A stretch of 64,000 nt of DNA, from the IMG/VR virus record IMGVR_UViG_3300006805_000023. One strand, 5' to 3'. How positions within the stretch are numbered: position 1 is the first letter of the stretch; each line of letters begins with the position of its first letter. Under the pieces are notes generated by a model. The model did no database searches, was not told the DNA's origin, and saw only the letters and a list, made by a program, of their open reading frames with translations. The DNA is from a virus (taxonomy: Duplodnaviria; Caudoviricetes). A program made the position numbers and the translations under genes. This document shows positions 45,317 to 54,643 of this stretch, one piece after another.

Positions 45317-46087
45317 ATGGCAGCCAAACACACTCACAAGCTCTCCCCCGAAGCAACCGCCGTCCTCTTGAAGGCTACCGCTGAGGGATGTATCATCCGC
45401 CTTCCCGAAGGCAAGCTCCCGATGCCGGTCTTCAAGGAGATCAAGAAGGTCATGGAGGCCTCGTCCGGCAAGTGGCACACGCCCTCTCAGGGCTTCGTCC
45501 TGCAGCAGGACGCCGAGGTGACGCTCAAAAACCTCCTGGGTAGTGGCTCGGTGACGGACCAGAAGAAGGTGTTCCAGGCCTACTACACCTCTGACTCGAT
45601 CTCGGATGAAGTCGCTTATCTGGCCGACGTAAAGGGTCGCATCGTCCTGGAACCCTCCGCCGGTGGCGGTCATCTCGCCAAGGCCTGCATGCGGGCCGGA
45701 GCCCGCCGGGTGGACTGCATTGAGCTCAACCCGAAGGCCTTCGACGGACTGGTGCTGGCCGGTTTCATGACCGTGCGCGACGACTTCCTGAAGCTCAAGG
45801 CAGGTCCCGGCAGTCGTTACCACCGGATCGTCATGAACCCGCCGTTCTGCGTCAAGAAGGGGCTCGGCAAGCAGGACGTCGCCCACATCCGCCACGCTCG
45901 CGATGAGTGGCTGGAGCCTGAGGGATTCATCACCTCGATCGTTCCCGGCAACGGTGAAAAGTCCCGTCCCGACCTGTTCGACTCCGACCTCAAGGCCCGT
46001 CTGGTCCACCAGTGGCCTGCGGGTCACTTCCGCGAGTCCGGCACCATGATCGCCAACATGCTGATCCGCGTTTACCCTAAAGCATGA
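45317..46087 (+). CDS. Amino (N6A/N4C) DNA methyltransferase-like protein
   Basis: VLEPSAGGG motif I, CIELN, DFL, IVMNPPF motif IV. Confidence 0.85.
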   Translation: MAAKHTHKLSPEATAVLLKATAEGCIIRLPEGKLPMPVFKEIKKVMEASSGKWHTPSQGFVLQQDAEVTLKNLLGSGSVTDQKKVFQAYYTSDSISDEVAYLADVKGRIVLEPSAGGGHLAKACMRAGARRVDCIELNPKAFDGLVLAGFMTVRDDFLKLKAGPGSRYHRIVMNPPFCVKKGLGKQDVAHIRHARDEWLEPEGFITSIVPGNGEKSRPDLFDSDLKARLVHQWPAGHFRESGTMIANMLIRVYPKA

Positions 46088-46233
46088 AAACCGCCACCAA
46101 CATCGTCTGGTTTCTGCTCCTGGTCACCACCCTGGTCCTTCTGGGCGTGTTCCTCTTCGTTCCAGGCAGCGCCGACGCCTTCGGCGTATCGACTCTTCTC
46201 CTCATGATCTCGGTCCTGTTCTTCCTCCTATGA
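46084..46233 (+). CDS. 49-aa membrane peptide
   Basis: Manual translation MKTATNIVWFLLLVTTLVLLGVFLF...; ATGA overlaps on both sides. Confidence 0.6.
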   Translation: MKTATNIVWFLLLVTTLVLLGVFLFVPGSADAFGVSTLLLMISVLFFLL

Positions 46234-46544
46234 AACTCTCCCGCCTTGTCCACGCCCCTCTGATCAGCACCGCCCTGACCAGCCCTATGAACCTCCGTTT
46301 CCTACCCAACGAACTCAGGCGCGTCAAAGCCCTTACGCAGCGTCGTGTGTCTCTGGTCAAGCCCAGAGGGACCGGCTACAACCATGGAATGACCGGAACG
46401 GCGACGGGGCTGGCAAGCACTGGCCGTCACCCGGCGATCGAGGTGGTCCTGGATGGTGGCGGGATCTTCGGGTTCCAGCGCGACCAGCTGTACTTCCCGG
46501 ACGACAAGGAGGGCTACAACCAGCGTTCACTCACCAGCTTCTAA
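46230..46544 (+). CDS. Hypothetical protein
   Basis: ORF track. Confidence 0.55.
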   Translation: MKLSRLVHAPLISTALTSPMNLRFLPNELRRVKALTQRRVSLVKPRGTGYNHGMTGTATGLASTGRHPAIEVVLDGGGIFGFQRDQLYFPDDKEGYNQRSLTSF

Positions 46545-46548
46545 CCAC

Positions 46549-46962
46549 ATGGCTTTCTACCCCAGCATGGTACTCATCGTCGGACCTACGCGTTCAGCCT
46601 GCCAGCTGGCTGAAACCCTGCGCCTCACGCCTGGCTCCTTCAAGACGGTGCACAGCCTGTCGGTTATCATGGGCCTGGTGTTTAACGAGGTCCACTTCAC
46701 GCACGACGTCTCCGACAAACTCAAAAGGGAAGTGGAGACGCGTGCCAGGGTTGTGGCCCCGCGAGCGGTCAATGGTTCGATCAAAGTGGTGGACCATTAC
46801 CACGAGTCTGTCACGGAGCTATGGTTAAAGCATGGACTGCCATCCTATGAGATCTCGTACAAGTTCCCTATGGGGATGGTTCCAGAGCGACCGGCGGAAC
46901 CAGAGCCGGTTAAGTCTATCCTGGGCGTCATTGGCTGGTTCAGGAGGGGCCGCCGGTTCTAG
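46549..46962 (+). CDS. Hypothetical protein
   Basis: Start MAFYPSM. Confidence 0.6.
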   Translation: MAFYPSMVLIVGPTRSACQLAETLRLTPGSFKTVHSLSVIMGLVFNEVHFTHDVSDKLKREVETRARVVAPRAVNGSIKVVDHYHESVTELWLKHGLPSYEISYKFPMGMVPERPAEPEPVKSILGVIGWFRRGRRF

Positions 46963-47013
46963 TGTCGTTCCAGCGCAGACAGCTAAGCCAGTCGTTCAAG
47001 GACCACGCTCAGT

Positions 47014-47592
47014 ATGGACAACTCAAACTTTTGGTGTCGTCAGGCAAAACCGGACGAGCTACCCGCTGAGGGAAGTTCGATCGAGGATCTTCTTCCGCGT
47101 GAGCTGTTAGAGGCTAGTCAGGTTGTACTGGATAAATCTGGCTTTGATGTTTTTCGATCCCCTCACTTCTGGGAGTCTTATCTGACCTCTTTTCTCGGAG
47201 GTAGCCAAACCCCTCATTCGTCGTATCACGACATCGACATTCGAGAAGGCGAGGCAATCCATCGTGTCGAATGCAAGTTCAGTAATGAGTACTGGCAAAG
47301 CTACGCCCCCGTGCACGGTCGGGACTGGTCGAGGAACGTCTTCAAGTGGAAGAAACTTGAAGATAAGCCTACAGTAGAAGCCTTGGTGTTACTCGGCTTG
47401 TCCTCAAATCGGACGCTGTATTCTTGGGTCATACCCTACAAGGAGTTCCCAAGCAAACGCCGCACCATAACGATGTGTGCACCTCTCGGCAGACTCAAAA
47501 CGACTCGTGGACCCTATGATCGTTTTTCGTGCCCCGTTCAGAATCTGAAAGAAAAGGTGCTGACAACATGTCGCTCCGCAAAACAAAACTAA
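47014..47592 (+). CDS. PD-(D/E)XK nuclease-like protein
   Basis: YHDIDI...VECKFS; visibly AT-richer than its neighbours. Confidence 0.6.
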   Translation: MDNSNFWCRQAKPDELPAEGSSIEDLLPRELLEASQVVLDKSGFDVFRSPHFWESYLTSFLGGSQTPHSSYHDIDIREGEAIHRVECKFSNEYWQSYAPVHGRDWSRNVFKWKKLEDKPTVEALVLLGLSSNRTLYSWVIPYKEFPSKRRTITMCAPLGRLKTTRGPYDRFSCPVQNLKEKVLTTCRSAKQN

Positions 47593-47613
47593 CCCGCAAA
47601 CCCACGCCTCCCA

Positions 47614-48069
47614 ATGAGCCAGACCGCACCCAAAGTACCAACCACCCTAGAAGAAGCCCATCAGATCCTCGCCGAGAGGCTGGACAAAACTACCCTCAAC
47701 GGCATCGACGCATCGAACGCGATGGACTGGATGGATCAGTTTCATCACAGTCTTGGGCGTTATCTCAGGAACTCCTGGCAGCTGTGGGTTCCAGGCACGC
47801 CGTTGCGCCTTCACCTGGAGGAGCTTGGGCTGCTTCACCCGGACGACATGTCTGGAGTGATCTTGAACTCGTTCTGGTGCAAGAGGCATGGGACCGAGTA
47901 TGATCTCCAGGCCGCAGTCGCTGCCTACAAGAAGTACTGGAGCGTCATGGCTGAGGAGCGCACCACCTTCATGTTGGAGGTGCCAGTCCCGACCAACGAC
48001 CCAATGATACAGTTCGCCCGCCAGTTCACCGAGGGGACGATTACAAAAGAGGCTGAAGGTTGTAATTGA
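47614..48069 (+). CDS. Hypothetical phage protein
   Basis: HHSLGRYLRNSW.LW...HPDDMS.VIL. Confidence 0.7.
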   Translation: MSQTAPKVPTTLEEAHQILAERLDKTTLNGIDASNAMDWMDQFHHSLGRYLRNSWQLWVPGTPLRLHLEELGLLHPDDMSGVILNSFWCKRHGTEYDLQAAVAAYKKYWSVMAEERTTFMLEVPVPTNDPMIQFARQFTEGTITKEAEGCN

Positions 48070-48094
48070 CCCAGACCAAAATCACAGTTAGCTT
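48066..48094 (+). promoter_or_regulatory. Sigma70-type promoter
   Basis: TTGACC-17-TAGCTT-9nt-ATG. Confidence 0.6.
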
Positions 48095-48103
48095 ACTGCC
48101 CTT

Positions 48104-48754
48104 ATGAACACAGACCCAGCCTCCACGGCTTCCTCCACCCCGCCCAGCAATTCCATCTTCTCCAAGCTGACCATGCCGGTCTTCCTCGGAGGTTGTGCCG
48201 TCTTCGCCGTCATTGCCGTCCTCATCGTGGCCATCTTTGGATTCACGCTGCTGAGCTGGACCAACCAGGCGTCCAGCCTTCAAAACCAGTACGACATGAA
48301 GGTGAAGGACAACTCGTCTGAGTTCGACAACATGTGGAAGAAGATCAAGCAGACCGCCGAGGTCCCGGAGGCCAAGAAAAACGCCTTCAAGGAGATCTTC
48401 AGCGCCTATGCTGACGCTCGCTCCGGAAACGGCGGGGGCTCGCTCGCCACTCTCGTGAAGGAGCAGGTGCCGAACCTCGACCTGAACATCTACGACAAGC
48501 TCATGAACATCATCACGGGATCGCGTGACACCTGGACGATGCGCCAGAAAGAGCTGGTCAGTATTGCCGAACAACACAACCATCTGGTCGTCACCAACCC
48601 GTCTGGGTTCTTCCTGAAGCTGTTCGGTTACAAGCTGATTGACCCCAAGGTGATCACCAGCGAGCGCACCGAAGAGACCTTCCGGACCGGTAAGGACGAT
48701 GACGTGACGCTGTTCCCGAAAGCCCCTGCAGCAGCCGCCCCGGCCACCAAGTAA
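48104..48754 (+). CDS. LemA-like single-pass membrane protein
   Basis: N-terminal TM followed by a helical bundle; P.L...Y..L...I...R. Confidence 0.55.
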   Translation: MNTDPASTASSTPPSNSIFSKLTMPVFLGGCAVFAVIAVLIVAIFGFTLLSWTNQASSLQNQYDMKVKDNSSEFDNMWKKIKQTAEVPEAKKNAFKEIFSAYADARSGNGGGSLATLVKEQVPNLDLNIYDKLMNIITGSRDTWTMRQKELVSIAEQHNHLVVTNPSGFFLKLFGYKLIDPKVITSERTEETFRTGKDDDVTLFPKAPAAAAPATK

Positions 48755-48782
48755 CCGACCACCCCCAGCACTCCTCTGACTT

Positions 48783-50054
48783 ATGTGGCTCCTCTACCTT
48801 TGCTGCCTCCTCCCGATTATCGTCGGGGCGGTCTTTTACTTCACAAACCGCGAGGTTAATCTGGTAGAGTGGGCCGCTGGGTCGGCAGCCGCCTTCCTGG
48901 TGGCTGGCATCATCCACATGATGTCGTTCCACTCCCAGACCAGCGACTCCGAGGTCTGGTCTGGGAAGCTGGTCAAAGCGCGCCATGAGTCAGCGTGGCT
49001 TGAAGGCTACGACGAGCCAGTTTACACAACCAAGCACTACACGGACAGCCACGGCAAACCACGGACCAAACGCGTCCGGACCGGCTGGCGTCCGACCACC
49101 CGCTGGCACGGCGACAGCTGGTCGTGTTCCTCCAACATCGACACCGGCTACTCGACCTCGCAATGGCAGTTCGACACCTGGGTTAAGCAATGGGGCAACA
49201 TCAAGCCGACAGCTGGCGACCGCTCCACGATGGAGCACAACTCGCACATGATCAGCGGCGATCCCTATGACTACCTGACCTTCTGCCCGGAGGCGATCGT
49301 CGAGCCCGTCCACAAGACCGTGGCCGTCACCAACCGGATCATCGCGGCCAAGTCGGTCTTCAACTTCATCAAGCTGACGCCGGAGCAGCGCAAGATGGTC
49401 TTCGACTACCCGGCGGATACTGACCCCTTCGTGTCGAACCGCGTCATGGGGACGGCCAGGAACACCGTGTCGGTCAAGGACTGGGATTGTATGAATGCCC
49501 GTCTGGGGCCGACCAAGAAGGTCAACGTGATCCTGATCGGCTTCGAGTCCTCTGACATGTTCTCGGCAGAGCTGCAGCGCTCGCACTGGAACGGCGGCAA
49601 GAAGAACGATCTGGTGCTGTGTTATGGCCCTGGATGGGCCAAGGTGTTCGGCTGGTCCGACTCCGACATCCTCAAACGTGACCTCGAATCGCTCCTGCTC
49701 AAGGGCAACATCAGCAGCCTCACGATCCCGGCGATCGAACAGGCCATCCAGGCTGGCTACGAGAAGACCAACTGGCACAAGTTCGACCACCTGATGGTCG
49801 AGCCCAACACCAACACGTGGTGGATGTTCTGGATCACGCTCCTGGTCACCCAGGGCCTCCTCTACTGGTACTTCCACAACAACGACTTCGACAAGGATGA
49901 CTGCCCGATCCAGGGAGCTGGCGAGTATAGGAAACATGGTCGCTTCCAGTCACGGTCGTCACGGGACAGCTCCGGGTTTTTCAGCTCGCTCGCCAGTGAC
50001 TTTGGAGACGTCGTCTCAGACTGGTCGTTTGACTCTTCGTCTTCTGACGACTAG
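48783..50054 (+). CDS. Multi-pass membrane protein with a large extracytoplasmic domain
   Basis: Two N-terminal TMs, one C-terminal TM, W.GGKKNDLV segment. Confidence 0.75.
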   Translation: MWLLYLCCLLPIIVGAVFYFTNREVNLVEWAAGSAAAFLVAGIIHMMSFHSQTSDSEVWSGKLVKARHESAWLEGYDEPVYTTKHYTDSHGKPRTKRVRTGWRPTTRWHGDSWSCSSNIDTGYSTSQWQFDTWVKQWGNIKPTAGDRSTMEHNSHMISGDPYDYLTFCPEAIVEPVHKTVAVTNRIIAAKSVFNFIKLTPEQRKMVFDYPADTDPFVSNRVMGTARNTVSVKDWDCMNARLGPTKKVNVILIGFESSDMFSAELQRSHWNGGKKNDLVLCYGPGWAKVFGWSDSDILKRDLESLLLKGNISSLTIPAIEQAIQAGYEKTNWHKFDHLMVEPNTNTWWMFWITLLVTQGLLYWYFHNNDFDKDDCPIQGAGEYRKHGRFQSRSSRDSSGFFSSLASDFGDVVSDWSFDSSSSDD

Positions 50055-50361
50055 CGGGAGCGGGAAGCCACGAGGAACGACGGCGTGAACTCCTGAGCCT
50101 CCACGAAACAACGACAGGCCAGCAGAACCTGACGAGGGCTGCTGGCCTTCCCTATGATCGCCTCCTCAACGTGCCAGGTTCCGGCCAGCTTCGGGTTGCT
50201 ACAGAACGACCCGGCCACCACGTACATTTCGCCGTCTGGCACTGGCGTGATCCGGACGTGGTCGCACCCCAGGATGCGCTGGGCTCGGTTCGAAAGACGG
50301 TGGAGGAGCCTCTGCTTGGAGGCGGTCGTGATGATGCTGTGACGCTTCATTCTCCCCATCC

Positions 50362-50616
50362 TCAATACCTAGGCCTGAGGATCACACGGGTCCCCTCTAT
50401 CGTGAAGTCTCCGTGTTCTATGACGGCGTCCAGGGCAGCCTTGCCCAGCTCAGGCGACGGACCGGTCATACCATGCTGGTAGAGCCATCCGGCCATCCCG
50501 ACCGTGACCCGGTCGAGCGGGATCGCGTGGACGGCCCCGTAGCGGTCTGTCACGACTGCCCCATAGCATGCCGACACGCCGTTTTCCTTAAGCCACTCTT
50601 CTTGTTGTGCGTTCAT
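50362..50616 (-). CDS. Hypothetical protein
   Basis: ORF track; part of a minus-strand small-gene cluster. Confidence 0.55.
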   Translation of the reverse strand: MNAQQEEWLKENGVSACYGAVVTDRYGAVHAIPLDRVTVGMAGWLYQHGMTGPSPELGKAALDAVIEHGDFTIEGTRVILRPRY

Positions 50617-50808
50617 AGATCAGTTACCCAGTTGTCGCCGGTGTGATGGTAGTCCCACACCCCTTTAGAACACTGCCACTCAAGCCTGGTCGGGACACCG
50701 CGCTGATCTACTGGAGAGTCCTTCCTGGACCTATATACGTCGCCTCTGATGTGCCAATAGTGGTAGCACTCAGAGGTCGTAAGAAGTCGGGCCACCCCGA
50801 TAGCTAGG

Positions 50809-51159
50809 TCACTTGAAGGTGACCATCGTAGCCCGGTTTTCCGTGTAGTCGGGACGGTCGAGCGTGATCTTCCAGCCAGCGCTCCGGTAAGAGGCCAGGA
50901 TGAGGTTGACAATGTTTGGATAATCGCCTCCCCTGTAATCAAGGGTTTGACCGCGCTCCTTCACTACAAAAGACAAGTCAGGGAACGAGATCGTGGTCTC
51001 GTTGTCGGTGCCGAGCCGCGTTGCGACCAGCTCGTTGACGGCGTCGAAGGCCCAGGACGGCACCAGATGCGTCTGCAGGGTCGAAGCCTCTGCTTTGGTC
51101 ATGGCGCGTCCGGAGACCGGAGTTTCGGTGGGGCGTTTGGGGTGTCCGTGTAATGGCAT
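50809..51159 (-). CDS. Hypothetical protein
   Basis: ORF track; YR.AGW. Confidence 0.6.
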   Translation of the reverse strand: MPLHGHPKRPTETPVSGRAMTKAEASTLQTHLVPSWAFDAVNELVATRLGTDNETTISFPDLSFVVKERGQTLDYRGGDYPNIVNLILASYRSAGWKITLDRPDYTENRATMVTFK

Positions 51160-51162
51160 GGC

Positions 51163-51564
51163 TTAGTGTGGGGTGCTAGGAACTGAGAAAAAGGCGCTGA
51201 TGCTGAGAGGGGTGCGGACTGCGATCCTGACTGCACCCTTGTCGAGCACCTGGACGTCGGACAGCTCGATGACTTCGCCGGAGGCTGGCGTGTTCATGAT
51301 CAGGAAACACTGCAGGCTATAGTTGTCGCCCCTGGCCTCACCCTCGAACAACGGCGTCCATCCGATGATGTGCTGGTTGAACGGAAACACCCAGGTGTCG
51401 TCCTTGGCATCCAGGTGGCGGTAGGTGGCGGTCTGCCCATCCGCCAGCAAGACGACGAAGCTGTTGTGTTTCTTTAGAAACTCTGCAGGAGGAGCGCACA
51501 GGATGCCGTCGCCATGCCCGATCCAGTAGTAGCCGTTCGGCGTCTTGAAGATCTTTTGGCTCAT
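51163..51564 (-). CDS. Hypothetical protein
   Basis: ORF track. Confidence 0.65.
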   Translation of the reverse strand: MSQKIFKTPNGYYWIGHGDGILCAPPAEFLKKHNSFVVLLADGQTATYRHLDAKDDTWVFPFNQHIIGWTPLFEGEARGDNYSLQCFLIMNTPASGEVIELSDVQVLDKGAVRIAVRTPLSISAFFSVPSTPH

Positions 51565-52025
51565 GGTTCAACCGGGTCCTGGATGAAGGTTGAGGGATCA
51601 TCGACGTGAATCGTGCGATGCGGGGAGTCGGGGCCGCCGCCGCGCTTGAACACCTTCAGGGTGCCCCATCCGGTGGAGTCGTCCAGATAGAACTCGTCGC
51701 CACCGTAGAAGACCTTGACGCAGCGGAGGCGCTGCCCTTCGAGCGGCCTGGACCAGGCCGCCGGTGCCGGACTCACGCCGACCACCACGCTACCGCGCTG
51801 AGCGCGGGCTCGTTCGTAGTTCCACTTGCCCTCCTCGCACCGGATGTTGTCCCCTGTGGTGCGAGTCCGGCTGTCCTGGCGAGCCCGCAGCTTCTTGAAA
51901 AACGGGTGGCGTCTGGATTTGTTCCAGCCTGCGATCCGTTTTTCCAGACGCATCAGGGCGTCGTCGTCGCGATACTTGAACGGCGTGTCGAGCGGGGGGA
52001 GTTCGCTGAGTTTTTGTGGGTCCAT
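51561..52025 (-). CDS. Hypothetical protein
   Basis: ORF track; ATGA overlap. Confidence 0.65.
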   Translation of the reverse strand: MDPQKLSELPPLDTPFKYRDDDALMRLEKRIAGWNKSRRHPFFKKLRARQDSRTRTTGDNIRCEEGKWNYERARAQRGSVVVGVSPAPAAWSRPLEGQRLRCVKVFYGGDEFYLDDSTGWGTLKVFKRGGGPDSPHRTIHVDDPSTFIQDPVEP

Positions 52026-52029
52026 CGTG

Positions 52030-52599
52030 TTAGTCCTCGGTGACGGTTTCGATCAGACTCTGAACCTGATACTTCGGGTTGGTAATCGTCCATTTGCCAC
52101 GGACCAGCCAGGGTCCGTGCAGCACAAACTGGGACCTGGCACTGAGGGCTCGATAGCCAGCAATCACACGTGACTGAAACAAGTGATCCACGAAGTTCTT
52201 GGCTGCGTTGGCGTCGTTGGTGTGCTGCGTGTGGAAGCTCAGGCAACCGAACTGGCCGTCCTGATCGAGCGCAGGAGTTGGAACCAGGACCTCGTAGCAG
52301 CAGCGCATGTCGGAAGTCCAGGCTGTGAATTTGTCGGCTGGTTCAGCCAGACACTTCAAGGCCATAACCCCGAGGCCAGGCCAAGGGTTGGTGAGAGGCA
52401 CCATTTCAACGTCTTTCGGCTCGACGGCGTCAGACAGTTTGTAAGAAAAGGCTTCCGCCAGAGTAACGTTACCCTGTTTCTCCAGAAAGGCTACCAGAGC
52501 CAGAGCTTGGAACAGGCTGTGGCAGTTGTGCCAGAGGGGGACGACCAACTTGCCACTGGGAGAGCAAAAGTAGGCTTTGATGACGTAACGAGTGCTCAT
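52030..52599 (-). CDS. Hypothetical protein
   Basis: ORF track. Confidence 0.65.
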   Translation of the reverse strand: MSTRYVIKAYFCSPSGKLVVPLWHNCHSLFQALALVAFLEKQGNVTLAEAFSYKLSDAVEPKDVEMVPLTNPWPGLGVMALKCLAEPADKFTAWTSDMRCCYEVLVPTPALDQDGQFGCLSFHTQHTNDANAAKNFVDHLFQSRVIAGYRALSARSQFVLHGPWLVRGKWTITNPKYQVQSLIETVTED

Positions 52600-53324
52600 G
52601 CGTAGGGGGCGGAGAGGTTGAGGTTTTTGCCGGTCCAGCGTTGTTCTGATGTGATGGCGTTGTAGGGGACGCCGTAGATCCAGGCCGCCGTGGCAGCATG
52701 CGGATCTTCGGCGTGGTTGACCTTCGGCTTGAAACGGTCGAAGTCGTCGTGTTGAAATAGCGACCCGGTCTCAGAACGCCAGACGACGCCGTCTTCGCTC
52801 GACAGCAGCTGATAACCGGCGATCAGCTTGAGCCGGTAGAGCTGGTCGGCCAGGGCCACGGTGTTCTCCTGGGAGGTTGATCTGGCTGTGAACAGATAAC
52901 GCACCGTGACGCCATCCTCGTCCGGCAGGCCCTCAGTGGGAAGGTAGCAATGCGCCTTGAAGGTGGTGACGGTCGGGCCATGAACCACGCCGGAGTAAAC
53001 GGCAGTCCTGGACCCGCAGGTTTTCTCGGCATGTTCGTCGGAATAGACGACCTCTTTGTCGTAGTACCAGCTGATGGGAGTGCGCTCCCCTGGCCTGGTC
53101 AGCTCCAGACGGCGCAGGATGCCGAACGACACCCTGGAACCGCGGATCACGCCGCGAGCCAGGAGGTCGTAGAGGATCGCGAGCAGCTTCTCCTTGGAGA
53201 CGAATGGTGGGGTTTCCAGGATCGGCAACACCTTGCCGCGATCCGGAACCTCGATGGGTTGCGACAGCGTCACGGTGCCTTTGTAGAGTTGATCCGGGAA
53301 CGGTAAGAGTTTAGAGGAGTCCAT
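52596..53324 (-). CDS. Hypothetical protein
   Basis: Start MDSSKLL. Confidence 0.7.
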   Translation of the reverse strand: MDSSKLLPFPDQLYKGTVTLSQPIEVPDRGKVLPILETPPFVSKEKLLAILYDLLARGVIRGSRVSFGILRRLELTRPGERTPISWYYDKEVVYSDEHAEKTCGSRTAVYSGVVHGPTVTTFKAHCYLPTEGLPDEDGVTVRYLFTARSTSQENTVALADQLYRLKLIAGYQLLSSEDGVVWRSETGSLFQHDDFDRFKPKVNHAEDPHAATAAWIYGVPYNAITSEQRWTGKNLNLSAPYA

Positions 53325-53329
53325 GATGA

Positions 53330-53358
53330 ACAATAAGCGAGCTAGTGGTGCCTGTCAA
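53330..53358 (-). promoter_or_regulatory. Sigma70-type promoter, leaderless geometry
   Basis: TTGACA-17-TATTGT-5nt-ATG 53324. Confidence 0.8.
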
Positions 53359-53386
53359 TCTATAGGGTCGTCTGGAGGCAATGGAC

Positions 53387-53415
53387 TTGACAAAATGCGG
53401 GCCTGATGTTACCTT
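53387..53415 (+). promoter_or_regulatory. Sigma70-type promoter
   Basis: TTGACA-17-TACCTT-8nt-ATG. Confidence 0.75.
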
Positions 53416-53423
53416 CCAGTCTT

Positions 53424-53579
53424 ATGAAACTCGTACCCGTCACCGCCTTCGTCAACACCGGCAAACGCTCAGCTCGCGGCACTGAAATCTGGCAGGCAAC
53501 CCACCGCAAGGATGGGAAGGACCTGACCTGCACCGGCAGTGAATCCGAGGTCCGTGCCTGGGCCAAGAACCCTAAATGA
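53424..53579 (+). CDS. 51-aa peptide with its own promoter
   Basis: Manual translation MKLVPVTAFVNTGKRSARG...AKNPK. Confidence 0.6.
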   Translation: MKLVPVTAFVNTGKRSARGTEIWQATHRKDGKDLTCTGSESEVRAWAKNPK

Positions 53580-53847
53580 CGTCCCAGGTGGGCAGAAACT
53601 TCTCGGTGTGCTTCCAGCAGGCCGAGAGGACCTTGCCGAAGTTGAGCAGCATCTCCTCGTCACAACCGTGGTAGTAGGTAGGGAAGCTCCAGTTCGAGCA
53701 ATGGTCCCACTTAACCGTGCCGTTTGCTATGGAACGGCCATCTGAGGTGAAGATCTCGTACTCGATGTAATGGGACTCTGGTTTGACGACTTTGATCGTG
53801 AAGCCAAAGGCCTCCCAGGTGTAACCAGCTTGAAGTTCAGGTGTCAT
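53572..53847 (-). CDS. Hypothetical protein
   Basis: Start MTPELQAG; G.VKWD.CSNW. Confidence 0.65.
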   Translation of the reverse strand: MTPELQAGYTWEAFGFTIKVVKPESHYIEYEIFTSDGRSIANGTVKWDHCSNWSFPTYYHGCDEEMLLNFGKVLSACWKHTEKFLPTWDVI

Positions 53848-53861
53848 CCGACCTAGAAACC

Positions 53862-54242
53862 TCAACGAGAGGCGCAGTCTGGACCCTGACCGAGAGCCAG
53901 CGACTCCGGAGTGGTAAGACGACGTCCGCAGGTGCAGCACCGGCCCTCGTGGTGAAACTCGCAGGTGCTAGGCAGGGCGTCCGCGTGACGCCAGAACCAC
54001 TCGAAGGTCTGAGCCTGCAGGGTCTCGCGGAACTTGCTGCGCATCCCGGTCCGGTAGTGATCACCGTCGATGACCCCCAGAAACTCGAAGCCAGAGTCGG
54101 TCAGGACGCTCACGAACACTGGCTTGGCTGTATCCCGCTGCCGCGCCTTGAAGGTGAAGTGCTTGTTGGTCTTGAGTGACTTCAGAGTGAAGACGGCGTT
54201 GCCACCGCGCACGAACTGTTTCAGGGGAAGCGAAGGAGTCAT
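53862..54242 (-). CDS. Phage protein with a C-terminal DUF6011-like zinc ribbon
   Basis: GGNAVFTL.S...HFTFK...HEGRCCTCGRRLT.PES...G.GP.C. Confidence 0.75.
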   Translation of the reverse strand: MTPSLPLKQFVRGGNAVFTLKSLKTNKHFTFKARQRDTAKPVFVSVLTDSGFEFLGVIDGDHYRTGMRSKFRETLQAQTFEWFWRHADALPSTCEFHHEGRCCTCGRRLTTPESLALGQGPDCASR

Positions 54243-54248
54243 GCGGGA

Positions 54249-54277
54249 AACGTAACACAAACCCTCCCGTTTGTCAA
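54249..54277 (-). promoter_or_regulatory. Sigma70-type promoter, leaderless geometry
   Basis: TTGACA-17-TACGTT-6nt-ATG 54242. Confidence 0.8.
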
Positions 54278-54306
54278 GTAAACGCGCTGTCTTTCTATTT
54301 TTTGAC

Positions 54307-54600
54307 ATGACACCACATCTCGTCTTGAGCGTTTTCAACGTTGGCAACGGCATCTCCCTAGGGGCAGAGTTGTCCGGAGACTTCGGCACCCAGGAGGCGT
54401 CCAATCTCAGCCAAGTCGAGCTTGAGGTGCGTGGTGATCTTAGATGGGACGTGGACCGCCAGCTGCTGGAGCAGGGCCGGGTCGTGGCGATCGTCCTGGA
54501 GCTGGAGGGAGGCGACCGCGACTATTCGGTCGATCTGACCGACAAGGTCAACCGCGCCATCTTCAAAAACACCAGGACCAACGTGATCAGGTTGATGTGA
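54307..54600 (+). CDS. Hypothetical protein
   Basis: Start MTPHLVL. Confidence 0.55.
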   Translation: MTPHLVLSVFNVGNGISLGAELSGDFGTQEASNLSQVELEVRGDLRWDVDRQLLEQGRVVAIVLELEGGDRDYSVDLTDKVNRAIFKNTRTNVIRLM

Positions 54601-54609
54601 ACCAGGGGC

Positions 54610-54638
54610 TTGAGGAGGAGCGTTGGAACGCTTACGGT
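54610..54638 (+). promoter_or_regulatory. Possible sigma70-type promoter, leaderless geometry
   Basis: TTGAGG-17-TACGGT-5nt-ATG 54644. Confidence 0.55.
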
Positions 54639-54643
54639 TCTGC

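Noticed and set aside
45317-47592. Type II restriction-modification pair
   Set aside because: The methyltransferase and nuclease are separated by three unrelated ORFs and differ in composition.
52030-53324. Possible tandem paralogues (shared IAGY..LS segment)
   Set aside because: The similarity is too short to support without an alignment statistic.
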